The notes: generated by a model not told the origin, from the letters alone. Counted from the first letter of the stretch, positions 48,684 through 59,425 are shown. The stretch is DNA of 64,000 nucleotides from Candidatus Woesebacteria bacterium GW2011_GWA1_38_8 (GCA_000993025.1 LBVJ01000001.1:29699-93698), one strand, 5' to 3'. Made by a program: numbers and translations.

Positions 48684-50564
48684 ATGCTTCAGAGCAAGGA
48701 AATGGATAATGTTGAGATCGCAAATTTACTTCGAAACGTTGCGGCAGCTCTTCAGATCCAAGACAAGGATGACAATAAATTCAAGATAATTGCCTATGAA
48801 CGTGCAGCTGATGCGATTGAGCATCTATCAAGCGAGGCAAAAGATATTTATGATGAGGGAAAACTTGAAGATATTCCAGGTGTCGGAAAATCGATCGCTA
48901 AACATTTAAGCGACATCTTTGAAAAGGGAATTTCAAAGGAACTTGATACCCTTCTTTCCCAAATACCGTCTTCTGTATTTGAACTATTGCCTCTTGATGG
49001 AATAGGACCAAAGCTTGCCTATAAACTTGTCACAGAACTAAAAATTGAATCACCTAACGCTATTTCAAAACTAAAGGTTTTTGCAGAAAGGGGAAAGATT
49101 GAAAACCTTGAAGGATTTGGAATAGAATCTCAAGCGGGTATTTTAAAAGCAATATCCGATTATAAAGGGAATGTAAAAAGACATTTACTCAATTATGCTG
49201 AAGGTATTTCAGGAATGCTGATTGGCTGGATGAAGAAAGATGAAAATACGGTTAGTGCAGATACCTTAGGAAGCTTGAGAAGAAGAGCTTCAACCGTGGG
49301 AGACATTGATATTGCAGTTGCTTCAAATAATCCCGATCGATCTATCGAGCATTTTATTAATTATCCCGATTCCAAAAGAACTCTCGAAAAAGGAGATAGA
49401 AAGGCATCAATATTAATACCCGGTAATATTCAGGTTGACCTTCGCGCGCAAGAACCCGATTCATATGGAGCATTACTTCAGCATTTTACAGGAAGTAAGC
49501 ACCACAATATTGCCCTTCGCGAATATGCATTAAGTCTAAGTCCAAGTTTAAGTCTAAGTGAGTATGGAATCAGAAAAATTAGTAAACAAGAAACAGTAAA
49601 CAGTAAACAGAAAACAGGATTCAACAAGCGGATTACAAAAATATTCAGAAAAGAAGAGGAATTTTATAACTATTTGGGACTGGAGTGGATACCGCCGGAA
49701 CTTCGAGAAGGTGGAAGCGAAATACAATTTTCACTAGAGAAAAAACTTCCAAAAATAGTCGACTGTACGGATATTAAAGGAGACTTGCAGATTCATTCAA
49801 ATTTTGATATTGAAACAAGTCATGATCTCGGCCTTTCTTCATACGAAGAGATAGTGGGTAAAGCAAATGCTTTGGGTTATGAATATGTAGCATTTACAGA
49901 GCACAATCCAAGTCGTTCGAAACATACAGATGCTCAAATTATAGATTTACTGAAAAGAAAGAGGGAAACAGTAGAGAAACTAAATGAAGCAATAAGCAAT
50001 AAGCCGTTAGAGATAAGCAGTAATCGGAAAACAGAAAACAGTAAACAAAAAACCGTTATCGGGATAAAAAGGGTGTTCAATTCACTTGAGATCGATATAC
50101 TATCCGACGGTAATCTGCCAGTACCTGAAAATGCACTTGAAACGCTGGATTTTGCGCTGGTATCAATACATTCAAATTTTAGATTAAATAAAGTAGAAAT
50201 GACTAAAAGAATTATTTCAGCTCTTTCTCATCCGGTAGTATTAGTATTGGCTCATCCGACAGGAAGGAAGTTGAATGAGAGGGAATCTATTGAGGCGGAT
50301 TGGGAAAGAATATTCGAATATTGCATTAATAATAAAAAATTGATCGAGATAAACGGCGACCCTATGAGACTTGATCTCCCCGATCATTTAGTGAAAACAG
50401 CTGTTAAAATGGGTGTGGTCTTCTCGTTGGGTACAGATTCACACCACATTGATCATATGGATAATATGCGTTACGCAGTAGATGTTGCAAGACGCGGATG
50501 GGCAGAGAAGAAGAATATTGTAAATACACTAACATTAACGGAGATTGAAGAAGTGATTAAGTGA
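48684..50564 (+). CDS. polX: DNA polymerase X with PHP domain
   Basis: HhH motifs (IPGVGK, GIGPK), GSLRR, GDID, HFTGSK, TEH, AHPTGR and GTDSH. Confidence 0.93.
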   Translation: MLQSKEMDNVEIANLLRNVAAALQIQDKDDNKFKIIAYERAADAIEHLSSEAKDIYDEGKLEDIPGVGKSIAKHLSDIFEKGISKELDTLLSQIPSSVFELLPLDGIGPKLAYKLVTELKIESPNAISKLKVFAERGKIENLEGFGIESQAGILKAISDYKGNVKRHLLNYAEGISGMLIGWMKKDENTVSADTLGSLRRRASTVGDIDIAVASNNPDRSIEHFINYPDSKRTLEKGDRKASILIPGNIQVDLRAQEPDSYGALLQHFTGSKHHNIALREYALSLSPSLSLSEYGIRKISKQETVNSKQKTGFNKRITKIFRKEEEFYNYLGLEWIPPELREGGSEIQFSLEKKLPKIVDCTDIKGDLQIHSNFDIETSHDLGLSSYEEIVGKANALGYEYVAFTEHNPSRSKHTDAQIIDLLKRKRETVEKLNEAISNKPLEISSNRKTENSKQKTVIGIKRVFNSLEIDILSDGNLPVPENALETLDFALVSIHSNFRLNKVEMTKRIISALSHPVVLVLAHPTGRKLNERESIEADWERIFEYCINNKKLIEINGDPMRLDLPDHLVKTAVKMGVVFSLGTDSHHIDHMDNMRYAVDVARRGWAEKKNIVNTLTLTEIEEVIK

Positions 50565-50692
50565 GTTAATGTTTATTAGCGATTGAAATTGGATGGAGGT
50601 TGTTGGAAAATAGAAAGCGGTAATATATAAAAGAAATTTGTAGGTAGTATTACTTGCCAATTTCTCTGTTATATAAATGAAAGGCGGTGATA

Positions 50693-51277
50693 ATGATATA
50701 TATGATTTGGATAATAATAATACCTTTAGTACTTATGGTGTTTTACGTTATAAGTATTTATAACTTTTTTGTTTCAAGCAAAGCAAGGATAAAAGCATCT
50801 ATTCAGGAGATCGGTAATCAATTAAAAAGACAAGCGGAACTTATTCCTAATTTGGTAACTTCGGCAAAAGGTTATCTAAAACACGAAAAAGGGATATTTG
50901 ATAAGTTGACAGAAGCACGAAAATCCATTGATAGAGCTATTGAATCCGGTGATGTTCAGAAGATGTCGGATGCCGGAGGGAAATTAGCAGAAATTCTACC
51001 CGGACTAAAAGTTGTTGTTGAAAGCAATCCTGAAATTAAAGGTGCTGAGGTGGTTACAAAATTGATGGAGGATCTCAGAGATACATCGGATAAGGTAATG
51101 TATGCAAGACGACTTTTGATAGATCTATCTGCTGACTACAATGTAAAAAGAGTAAGTTTTCCTTCAAATATTATAGCCAGTATGTTTAAATTCGAAGAAG
51201 TTGAGGGACTAAAGACCCCTGAAGGAAAAATGGAGGTAAAAGAAAGCGAGATGCAGACACCGAAAGCTGAATTATAA
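50693..51277 (+). CDS. lemA: LemA family protein
   Basis: N-terminal TM; QLKRQAELIPNLV, HEK, E-x-x-P, YARR...YN and FPSNIIA; SD-like AAGGCGGTGA upstream; exact start uncertain. Confidence 0.9.
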   Translation: MIYMIWIIIIPLVLMVFYVISIYNFFVSSKARIKASIQEIGNQLKRQAELIPNLVTSAKGYLKHEKGIFDKLTEARKSIDRAIESGDVQKMSDAGGKLAEILPGLKVVVESNPEIKGAEVVTKLMEDLRDTSDKVMYARRLLIDLSADYNVKRVSFPSNIIASMFKFEEVEGLKTPEGKMEVKESEMQTPKAEL

Positions 51278-51376
51278 TACTAATCAACTAATTGGGACTA
51301 ATGCAACCAATACCTACCAATATTAGAAATTGGTGGTTTGTTTTGGATGTGGAGAAATGAATTAGTAATTATTTGT

Positions 51377-52254
51377 ATGAAAAATTTTTACGAGGTTAAA
51401 CAAAATAATATTTTCAATTCCTATTTAATAGTAATTTTATTTTTTATATTTTCTTTTATTGTTATTTATGTTCTGACAAAGGCGTATGGAATGTATATGG
51501 GGTACGAAATTGGTGGATCAGGCTTTATAGGTATTGCTTTAATATTTTCTGGTGTATCTACATTCATTAGTTATTACTTTAGCGACAGGATCGTTCTATC
51601 CCTGTCCAGAGCAAAGCCGGCAAATAAAAAAGAGCACTATTATTTTTATACTTCTGTTGAAAATCTGAGTCTCTCGCAAGGAATGCCAATTCCAAAGCTT
51701 TATGTTATTGAAGATACGGCCCCCAACGCATTTGCTACAGGAAGAAATTACGACCATTCGGTGATATGCGCAACAACAGGACTTTTGTCAAAACTCAACC
51801 GAACTGAGCTCGAGGGAGTACTTGCTCACGAACTGACACATATTAAAAACTACGATATGCTTTTAATGTCTGTCGTATCTGTAATGGTGGGTATTATCGC
51901 ACTCCTTGGTGATTGGTTGCTGCGCTCGGCTTGGTTTGGGGGTAGAAGAAATAGCAACGACGATAATAAAGGACAACTGGGAGCTGTAATAATGCTATTG
52001 GGAATTATTTTTGCAATTTGGCTGATGCGGGTTCTGTTGAAATTACAAGACAACCAAGTGGACTTATTTCTGCTCTTCAAAAATTGTATCACGATAGAGA
52101 ACCTTTGGAGGCTGCGAATAAAGCAACCGCGCATTTGTATATAGTTAATCCATTTAAGGATAATATTAAAGGTGCTGTGGGATGGTTTTCAAATCTTTTT
52201 AATACGCATCCACCGATAGAGAAAAGGATCTCGGCACTCCAAGAAATGCTCTAA
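51377..52254 (+). pseudogene. htpX: HtpX (M48) zinc protease, with internal deletion/frameshift at ~52018
   Basis: PNAFATG and ELEGVLAHELTH in frame 1; ADAGSV...FNTHPPIEKRI in another frame; the SRxRE helix is missing. Confidence 0.85.
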
Positions 52255-52297
52255 ACTACTTGTTGACACTATACGTAATAAGTTGTTAACTTCAAAC

Positions 52298-52393
52298 ATG
52301 ACTGGACAAGTCGGTATTATAGTCTTGGTAGTTTTGGCGATTTCTGCGGTTGTCATCCTCATACTTGCAAATAAATTTACACATAGAAGATAA
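52298..52393 (+). CDS. 31-aa single-TM small protein (not in ORF track)
   Basis: MTGQVGIIVLVVLAISAVVILILANKFTHRR*; preceded by TTGACA (52263) and TGT-TAACTT. Confidence 0.55.
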   Translation: MTGQVGIIVLVVLAISAVVILILANKFTHRR

Positions 52394-52459
52394 AGCTTCA
52401 TTCTCCTTACATACATTAGTCTTTCGCATCTAAGTAAAAAGAGTTATCATTTACGGGAT

Positions 52460-52762
52460 ATGATTAAAATTAAGCACTCTGAAATAGTACATCTGGCAGA
52501 TCTGGCTCAAATAAAAATAAATAAGAAAGAAATCCAGAAACTTTCTCTTCAGCTTTCCAAAATCGTCGATTATGTGTCCGAACTAAATGACGTAGATACC
52601 AAAAATGCTGTTCCCACAAATCAGACTACTGGTCTAACCAATGTCACAAACGATGATTTGACTTCTATTTCTCTTAAGCAAGAAGATGCCGTCGGGCAAA
52701 GTAAAAATATTTATCAAGGTTTTTTTAAAGTCCCTATTACTATAAAAAACAAAATAATTTAA
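52460..52762 (+). CDS. gatC: Asp/Glu-tRNA amidotransferase subunit C
   Basis: HLADLA, IVDYVSEL, VDT and FFKVP; precedes gatA. Confidence 0.88.
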   Translation: MIKIKHSEIVHLADLAQIKINKKEIQKLSLQLSKIVDYVSELNDVDTKNAVPTNQTTGLTNVTNDDLTSISLKQEDAVGQSKNIYQGFFKVPITIKNKII

Positions 52763-52765
52763 TTC

Positions 52766-54181
52766 ATGACTACGCAATCAACAATTGAAAAAAACCAAAA
52801 ATTGCTTCTTGAAAAAAAGGCCAGTATGCGCGAATTGGTCGATGCGTATTTAAAAACAATCCAAAAATACGATGGTGTTTTAAACAGTTTTATCACGGTA
52901 AATAATGAAATTTCTTTAAAAAAAGCAGATCTTGTTGATAAGTTGTTGTCAAAGAACGATAAAGTTTCTATTTTATCGAAGTTGCCTCTTTTAGGAACCG
53001 TTGTTTCATACAAGGACCTGTTTTTAACAAAGGGTATCCGAACAACGGCAGCCTCAAAAGTTTTGGAAAGTTTTGTACCACAATACTCGGCAACTGTTGT
53101 TGATAAACTAGAAAATGCCGGTTGTATAAATATTGGAAAAACAAACTGTGATGCTTGGGCTCACGGAAGTTCTGGTGAAAACTCCGATTATGGGGTAACT
53201 AAAAATCCTTGGGGTGTTGAATATGTACCGGGAGGATCTTCAAGCGGTTCTGCTGTATCGGTATCTGCAAATATGTGTACGGTCTCTTTGGGAACGGACA
53301 CATGCGGATCCATCAGATTACCTGCAAATTATACATATACTTACGGACTGAAACCTACTTACGGCGCCGTATCAAGATACGGTGTGATAGCAATGGCATC
53401 ATCACTGGATTGTATTGGACACTTTTCAAAAACAGCAGCAGATATTAAAAAAGTCTTTGAAATAACCAAGGGAAGAGATCTTAAAGACGCAACTCTTGAC
53501 GAGAAATCCTACAATAAAAAATTGACGAACATGGTGATTGGCGTACCTGATGAATTTTTCCAAAACGGATTATCCGATGAAGTTTCATTAAATATCAAAA
53601 AGGCAATCTCTCTATTTGAAAAGAACGGTGTTAAATTTAATAAAATTAATTTGCCGCACACTAAATACGGAATATCTGTCTATTACATCATCCAACCTGC
53701 AGAGGTTTCATCAAATTTATCAAGATATGACGGTATCAGATACGGGAAAGGAAGGGATGCTTTTAGCGAAGAAGCAAAAAGAAGAATCATGCTAGGCACA
53801 TATGTTCTATCTTCGGGTTATTATGATGCATATTATTTAAAAGCTATGAAGGTTAGAAGCGTTATCATTAGGGAAATTGACCAAGCTTTTAAAAGCTGTG
53901 ATGCGATAATCGCTCCGGTTTCCACAACACCTCCTTTTAAATTGGGTGAGAAAATATCTGATCCACTAAAAATGTATTTAACAGATATTTATGCGGCAAC
54001 AGCAAACCTCGCTGGAATTCCAAGCCTTGCCATTCCTTTTGGATTCACCAACGACGGTATGCCGCTTGGTTTCCAGATAATGGGACCAAGATATTCTGAA
54101 AATCTACTATTCCATCTGGCAGAAAATTTCGAAGCGTATTCTAATTATACGATCAAAAACCCTGACATATATAACCTTTAG
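52766..54181 (+). CDS. gatA: Amidotransferase subunit A
   Basis: KD, PGGSSSGSA, GTDTCGSIRLPA, SSNLSRYDG and RRIMLGTY. Confidence 0.96.
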   Translation: MTTQSTIEKNQKLLLEKKASMRELVDAYLKTIQKYDGVLNSFITVNNEISLKKADLVDKLLSKNDKVSILSKLPLLGTVVSYKDLFLTKGIRTTAASKVLESFVPQYSATVVDKLENAGCINIGKTNCDAWAHGSSGENSDYGVTKNPWGVEYVPGGSSSGSAVSVSANMCTVSLGTDTCGSIRLPANYTYTYGLKPTYGAVSRYGVIAMASSLDCIGHFSKTAADIKKVFEITKGRDLKDATLDEKSYNKKLTNMVIGVPDEFFQNGLSDEVSLNIKKAISLFEKNGVKFNKINLPHTKYGISVYYIIQPAEVSSNLSRYDGIRYGKGRDAFSEEAKRRIMLGTYVLSSGYYDAYYLKAMKVRSVIIREIDQAFKSCDAIIAPVSTTPPFKLGEKISDPLKMYLTDIYAATANLAGIPSLAIPFGFTNDGMPLGFQIMGPRYSENLLFHLAENFEAYSNYTIKNPDIYNL

Positions 54182-54184
54182 CCT

Positions 54185-55537
54185 ATGAAAAAATACAATT
54201 ATGTTCCCGTTATCGGTCTTGAAGTACATATTGAGTTAAGTACTAAAAGGAAAATGTTTTGCGATTGTTCATCTGAGCATTTTCAGATCAAACCGAACAC
54301 AAATGTATGTCCAATCTGTCTCGGACTCCCCGGAGCTTTGCCATATCCAAATAAGGAAGCTGTCAAAAAATGTATCAAGTTCGGGATTTCTTTTAATTGC
54401 ATGATCAATAAATTTTCAAAATTTGACAGAAAACACTATTTTTACCCCGATCTTTCCAAGGGTTACCAAATTAGCCAGTACGACATTCCTTTTTGTGAAG
54501 GTGGTCATTGGAAATCGTCGGTCAATAGTGTATTTAGGATAAAAAGGATACATCTTGAAGAAGATACAGGAAAGATCCAGCATCGAAAGATTGGTAGTGA
54601 ATATTTTTCCCTTATTGATTTTAACAGAAGCGGAGTTCCTCTTATGGAATTGGTAACGGAACCTGATTTTTCTAATATAAATGATGTATTGGATTTCGTT
54701 AAAGATGTCCAGCTCGCGTCAAGATATTTAGAAGTATCAAATGCGGATATGGAAAAGGGGTCCATGAGATTGGAGGCTAACATTTCACTCCGGAAAGAGG
54801 AAACAGGAAAAAGAGATCAAATGAAGCGTCTCCCGGATTACAAAGTGGAGTTAAAAAACATAAATTCATTCCGGTTTTTACGGTCTGCCCTTGAAGCGGA
54901 AATTAAAAGACAGACGGATATATTGAAAATGGGTGATAAAGTAATTCAGGAAACCCGCGGATATAACGAAAAAACTCACCAGACTTATTCTCAAAGATCG
55001 AAAGAGGAAGCAAAAGATTACAGATACTTTCCGGAACCGGATATTCCTCCCATATTACACCAGAGCAAAGAGATTGATATCATTAAAACCGATATCCCTG
55101 AAATGCCTTGGATGAAACGACAAAGATATAAAAAAGATATTGGTTTAAAAGATGAATATACAGAGATATTTCTTAAAGACCGGAAACGTTCAGCATATTT
55201 TGAACAAATCCTCTTATTGAATAAAAACAGCGGTTTGGATCTATCATATATTGCCGATCAAATAGTAAATAAGAATTTAGACCTTAAATACCAAAGTCCT
55301 CAGAAACTATTAAATGCATTGAGTGTAGAAAAAAATAAAACATACGCAAGCAGTAAAGAAATAAAAAATGCTGCCGATTCCGTATTGAAAGAAAATACTA
55401 AAGCAATTGAAGATCTTAAAAATGGCAAGATACAAATACTGGGGTATCTGATCGGTAGCATACAAAAAAAGTTGAACGGCAAAGGGAATATAAACGAAAT
55501 CAGAAGATATATTGAGAACGCGTTGATGGAAAATTAA
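54185..55537 (+). CDS. gatB: Amidotransferase subunit B
   Basis: IGLEVH, FDRKHYFYPDL, HLEEDTGK, ELKNINSF and YRYFPEPD. Confidence 0.96.
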   Translation: MKKYNYVPVIGLEVHIELSTKRKMFCDCSSEHFQIKPNTNVCPICLGLPGALPYPNKEAVKKCIKFGISFNCMINKFSKFDRKHYFYPDLSKGYQISQYDIPFCEGGHWKSSVNSVFRIKRIHLEEDTGKIQHRKIGSEYFSLIDFNRSGVPLMELVTEPDFSNINDVLDFVKDVQLASRYLEVSNADMEKGSMRLEANISLRKEETGKRDQMKRLPDYKVELKNINSFRFLRSALEAEIKRQTDILKMGDKVIQETRGYNEKTHQTYSQRSKEEAKDYRYFPEPDIPPILHQSKEIDIIKTDIPEMPWMKRQRYKKDIGLKDEYTEIFLKDRKRSAYFEQILLLNKNSGLDLSYIADQIVNKNLDLKYQSPQKLLNALSVEKNKTYASSKEIKNAADSVLKENTKAIEDLKNGKIQILGYLIGSIQKKLNGKGNINEIRRYIENALMEN

Positions 55538-55543
55538 ATATTA

Positions 55544-58500
55544 ATGGTGAAATTTGTTCATCTTCATACACATACAGAATATTCGCTTCTTGACGGAATT
55601 TGCAAGATAGACGAATTAATTTCCCATGCTAAACAACTTGGCATGGATGCATTATCTATAACAGATCACGGAGTAATGTACGGAGCAATTGAATTCTATA
55701 AAAAATGTAAAGCCCAATCCGTAAAACCTATTATAGGTATGGAAGGATATATAACAAAAGACCACAAAAAAAAGGATAGAACTTCCAGAACTAATCACGT
55801 CCTGCTTCTGGCAAAAAATGAAGAAGGATATAAAAATTTAATGAAACTGACATCGATATCACACCTTGAAGGCTTTTACTACAAACCGAGAATTGACCAT
55901 CAACTATTAAGAAGATATTCATCAGGTCTTATTTGCGCCACTGCCTGCGGATCCGGAGAAATTCCTCAAACGTTATATGAAGAATCTTACGAAAAAGTTA
56001 AAGATATTGCTGGAATATATACTGATATATTTGGAGACGACTTTTATATTGAAATTCAGGAAAGAGATTATTCTGACGCTATCAGTTCCGCAAAAAACGA
56101 TGAGATAAAAAACATCCTTCTCGAATTGAATAAATTCAAGGAGAAGGTTAATCCGCTCCTTATAAAATTAAGCAGGGATATGGGTATACCGATCATTGCA
56201 ACAAACGATGTTCACTATATCAAGAAAGATGACGCATTTGCTCAGGATGCCGCTGTATGTGTATCAACAGGAAAATTGGTAAGTGATATAAAAAGATTAA
56301 GATATATAGATTTTCCTGACTACTATTTAAAATCTCCGGAAGAAATGCTTGAACTTCACAACCATATACCGGATTCATTAGAAAATACTATTAAAGTTGC
56401 CGATAAGATAGACCTGAATTTATCAACTTTAGGCAAATGGTATTTCCCAAAATTCAACATCCCAAAGAAGATGGATGTTGATATCTACCTGAAAGAAGTA
56501 GTTTATGACAACTTAACAAAAATATTTCCCGATAGCACATCTGAAATGAAAGAGAGGGTTGAATATGAACTTGAGATAATTATTAAAAAGGGTTACTCGA
56601 CATATTTTTTAATAGTTATGGATTTTGTTAAATGGTGCGATGAGAAAGGAATTATAACAAATACGAGAGGGTCCGCCGCCGGATCATTTATCTCTTTTTT
56701 ACTAGGTATAACTAAAGTAAATCCTCTGATATATTATCTTCCATTCGAAAGATTTTTGAACCCATACCGTCCATCACCTCCCGATATCGATCTGGATATT
56801 GCAGATGATAAAAGGGAAGAGCTCATTAAATATATCTCCGAGAAATATGGTTATGATAAAGTAGCTCAGCTTTGTACGTTCGGAAGAATGCTCTCCAGGC
56901 AGTCTGTGAGAGACGTGGCAAGAGTTTTGGGATATCAGTATATAGTAGGTGACAATATCGCAAAATCAATTCCACCCCCTAAACAGGGGTTTCCTATCAC
57001 AATTCCTAAAGCCCTCGGAACAGTAGAAGAGTTTAAAAAGCTTTATGATTCCGATAAAGATTCAAAACTAATTATCGATTTAGCCAAACAGATCGAAGGC
57101 AATGCAAGACATATTTCTGTTCATGCTGCGGGTATAGTAATTTCACCTTCGGTGATCACAGATTTTACTCCGATCCAAAAAGAACCATCCGGAGAAAAAA
57201 TTATTACTCAATACGAAATGCACGCGGCTGAAGATGTAGGTCTTATCAAATTTGATATTTTGGGAATAAGAAATCTATCAATCTTGGGTGAAGCAATTAA
57301 TATTGTTGAAGCAACAAGAAATATCAGAATTGATATCCGAAACATCCCTCTGGATGATAGTAAAACGTTTGAAATGCTTGGCCAGGGCAATACAATGGGA
57401 GTATTCCAATTAAGCAGTGGCGGAATGACTAAATATTTGATCGATCTGAAACCTCAGAGGGTTGAAGACCTGATGGCGATGGTAGCCTTATACAGACCTG
57501 GACCGATTGCAGTTATTCCTGAGTATATAAAGCGTAAACAGAATTCCCATTTAATTAAATACCCCGACCCAAGAATGGAAAAATTTCTAAAAGCCTCATA
57601 CGGATTGATCGTTTATCAAGACGATCTTCTTTTTTCAGCTATAGACCTTGCGGGTTATACATGGGAAGAAGCTGATAAATTCCGAAAGGCAGTAGGAAAA
57701 AAGATACCTGAGGAAATGGCTGCCCAGAAAGAAAAATTTATTAAAGGAATAGTTGATAACGGGCAGACAAAAGATTTTGCAGACAAGCTTTGGAAATTAT
57801 TCGAACCGTTTCAATCATACGGTTTTAACAAATCTCACGCCGCTTCATATGGTATGGTGGCTTATCAAACTGCATATATGAAAGCCAATTACCCTGTGGA
57901 ATTTATGTGCGCGCTGCTTTCAGCCGAAAGCAAGGATAAAATTAAGGTGTCACAAGCTGTCCATGAATGTAAAAGGCTGGGAATAGTAGTATTACCTCCG
58001 GATATAAATGAAAGCGGCACCGGTTTTTCGATCGTTAAAGTTAACAACTCGATCGATAACATGGCTATCCGGTTCGGTCTTGATGCAATAAAAAATGTCG
58101 GAGCTGCTGCAATCGATAACATTGTTTCAGAGAGAAACGAAAATCATTTTAAGAACTTTTATGATTTTTTAACAAGGATCGATAATAGAAAAGTAAACAA
58201 AAAAGTGCTGGAAAGTCTTATAAAAGTTGGGGCTCTTTCTTCTTTTGGAAAAAGATCACTACTTTTGAAAAACCTTGATGATATTAGAAATAAATTAAAT
58301 ATACATAGGGCACAAAAAAATCAGCCTGCTTTGTTTGCACAAGACCCTAAGGATATGAACAGCATCGATTTTGACCTGAACGACAGTCCGGAGTTTACCG
58401 AAGAAGAAATTCAAGTGTATGAAAAAGAACTTTTAGGTTTTTCAATGTCCGGTAAATCAATATCAGAGTTAATATCGGGTTGCGGATATTTTATAACACA

Positions 58501-58987
58501 CAAGATAGTTGATCTTAATAGTGAAACCGACACATCGGTTGAAATAAACTTGGCTGGTGTTATTAACGAGCTTCGTGTAATCATTACAAAAAAATCCGGT
58601 AGAGAAATGGCTTTTTTGAAACTTGAGGATGATACCGGGACTTTGGATGTTGTAATCTTTCCAAATGTTTATGATAAATATAAATCACATTTAACTGAAA
58701 ATAAACCTATAATGATAAATGGAAAAGTCGACGAAAGATCAGAAAATGTGTCTTTTATCGCAAACGACATTTCAATCAACGACCCAGGCGTTATAACAAT
58801 CCGCATATCCAAAAATACAAAGGTAGAAAAACTGAAAAAACTTAAGGAATATCTTATTAATATACCGGGAGATCACCCGCTGTGTCTTTATTTTGAAAAT
58901 ACTCAAATGAAAAAGACAATCCCACTAAAAATTAGTTGGGATGATGATATATCCAAAAATATTTATAATATCCTTGATCAAAATTGA
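55544..58987 (+). CDS. dnaE: DNA polymerase III alpha subunit
   Basis: HLHTHTEYSLLDG, RGSAAGS, PDIDLD, KFDILG, YGFNKSH and an OB fold. Confidence 0.97.
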   Translation: MVKFVHLHTHTEYSLLDGICKIDELISHAKQLGMDALSITDHGVMYGAIEFYKKCKAQSVKPIIGMEGYITKDHKKKDRTSRTNHVLLLAKNEEGYKNLMKLTSISHLEGFYYKPRIDHQLLRRYSSGLICATACGSGEIPQTLYEESYEKVKDIAGIYTDIFGDDFYIEIQERDYSDAISSAKNDEIKNILLELNKFKEKVNPLLIKLSRDMGIPIIATNDVHYIKKDDAFAQDAAVCVSTGKLVSDIKRLRYIDFPDYYLKSPEEMLELHNHIPDSLENTIKVADKIDLNLSTLGKWYFPKFNIPKKMDVDIYLKEVVYDNLTKIFPDSTSEMKERVEYELEIIIKKGYSTYFLIVMDFVKWCDEKGIITNTRGSAAGSFISFLLGITKVNPLIYYLPFERFLNPYRPSPPDIDLDIADDKREELIKYISEKYGYDKVAQLCTFGRMLSRQSVRDVARVLGYQYIVGDNIAKSIPPPKQGFPITIPKALGTVEEFKKLYDSDKDSKLIIDLAKQIEGNARHISVHAAGIVISPSVITDFTPIQKEPSGEKIITQYEMHAAEDVGLIKFDILGIRNLSILGEAINIVEATRNIRIDIRNIPLDDSKTFEMLGQGNTMGVFQLSSGGMTKYLIDLKPQRVEDLMAMVALYRPGPIAVIPEYIKRKQNSHLIKYPDPRMEKFLKASYGLIVYQDDLLFSAIDLAGYTWEEADKFRKAVGKKIPEEMAAQKEKFIKGIVDNGQTKDFADKLWKLFEPFQSYGFNKSHAASYGMVAYQTAYMKANYPVEFMCALLSAESKDKIKVSQAVHECKRLGIVVLPPDINESGTGFSIVKVNNSIDNMAIRFGLDAIKNVGAAAIDNIVSERNENHFKNFYDFLTRIDNRKVNKKVLESLIKVGALSSFGKRSLLLKNLDDIRNKLNIHRAQKNQPALFAQDPKDMNSIDFDLNDSPEFTEEEIQVYEKELLGFSMSGKSISELISGCGYFITHKIVDLNSETDTSVEINLAGVINELRVIITKKSGREMAFLKLEDDTGTLDVVIFPNVYDKYKSHLTENKPIMINGKVDERSENVSFIANDISINDPGVITIRISKNTKVEKLKKLKEYLINIPGDHPLCLYFENTQMKKTIPLKISWDDDISKNIYNILDQN

Positions 58988-59029
58988 TGTCCTTGATAAA
59001 GTGAGGCTATATAAATTATAATACGAACC

Positions 59030-59404
59030 ATGACAAATACATTTTCATTTAATGACGTATCCATTGGGGTCGGCGACAAGGTTAAGATCACCACTAAAAC
59101 AGTAGAAAGCGGAAAAGCCAGGAAGCAAATATTTATTGGAACAATAATTAAGATAAAAGGAGACAGGGAAAGTAAAAGTATTACGGTCAGAAGAATTGGC
59201 GCAAATCTGATCGGTATTGAAAGGATGTTTCCCGTAAATCACAATATAATTGAGGATATAAGTGTTACAAAAGAAGGTCTTCGGGGATCCAAAAAAGCCA
59301 AACTTTATTATATTAGAGATAAGTCTAAAAAAGATATTGAGAGAATATATTCGAGAAATATCCGGAAAGACAGTAAAATAAAGACATCGGGAACCAAAAA
59401 ATAG
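59030..59404 (+). CDS. rplS: 50S ribosomal protein L19
   Basis: VGDKV, Q-x-F-x-G, TVRRIG, GIER-x-FP and AKLYYIR. Confidence 0.95.
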   Translation: MTNTFSFNDVSIGVGDKVKITTKTVESGKARKQIFIGTIIKIKGDRESKSITVRRIGANLIGIERMFPVNHNIIEDISVTKEGLRGSKKAKLYYIRDKSKKDIERIYSRNIRKDSKIKTSGTKK

Positions 59405-59425
59405 TATTACTTAAAAGTACCCAAA

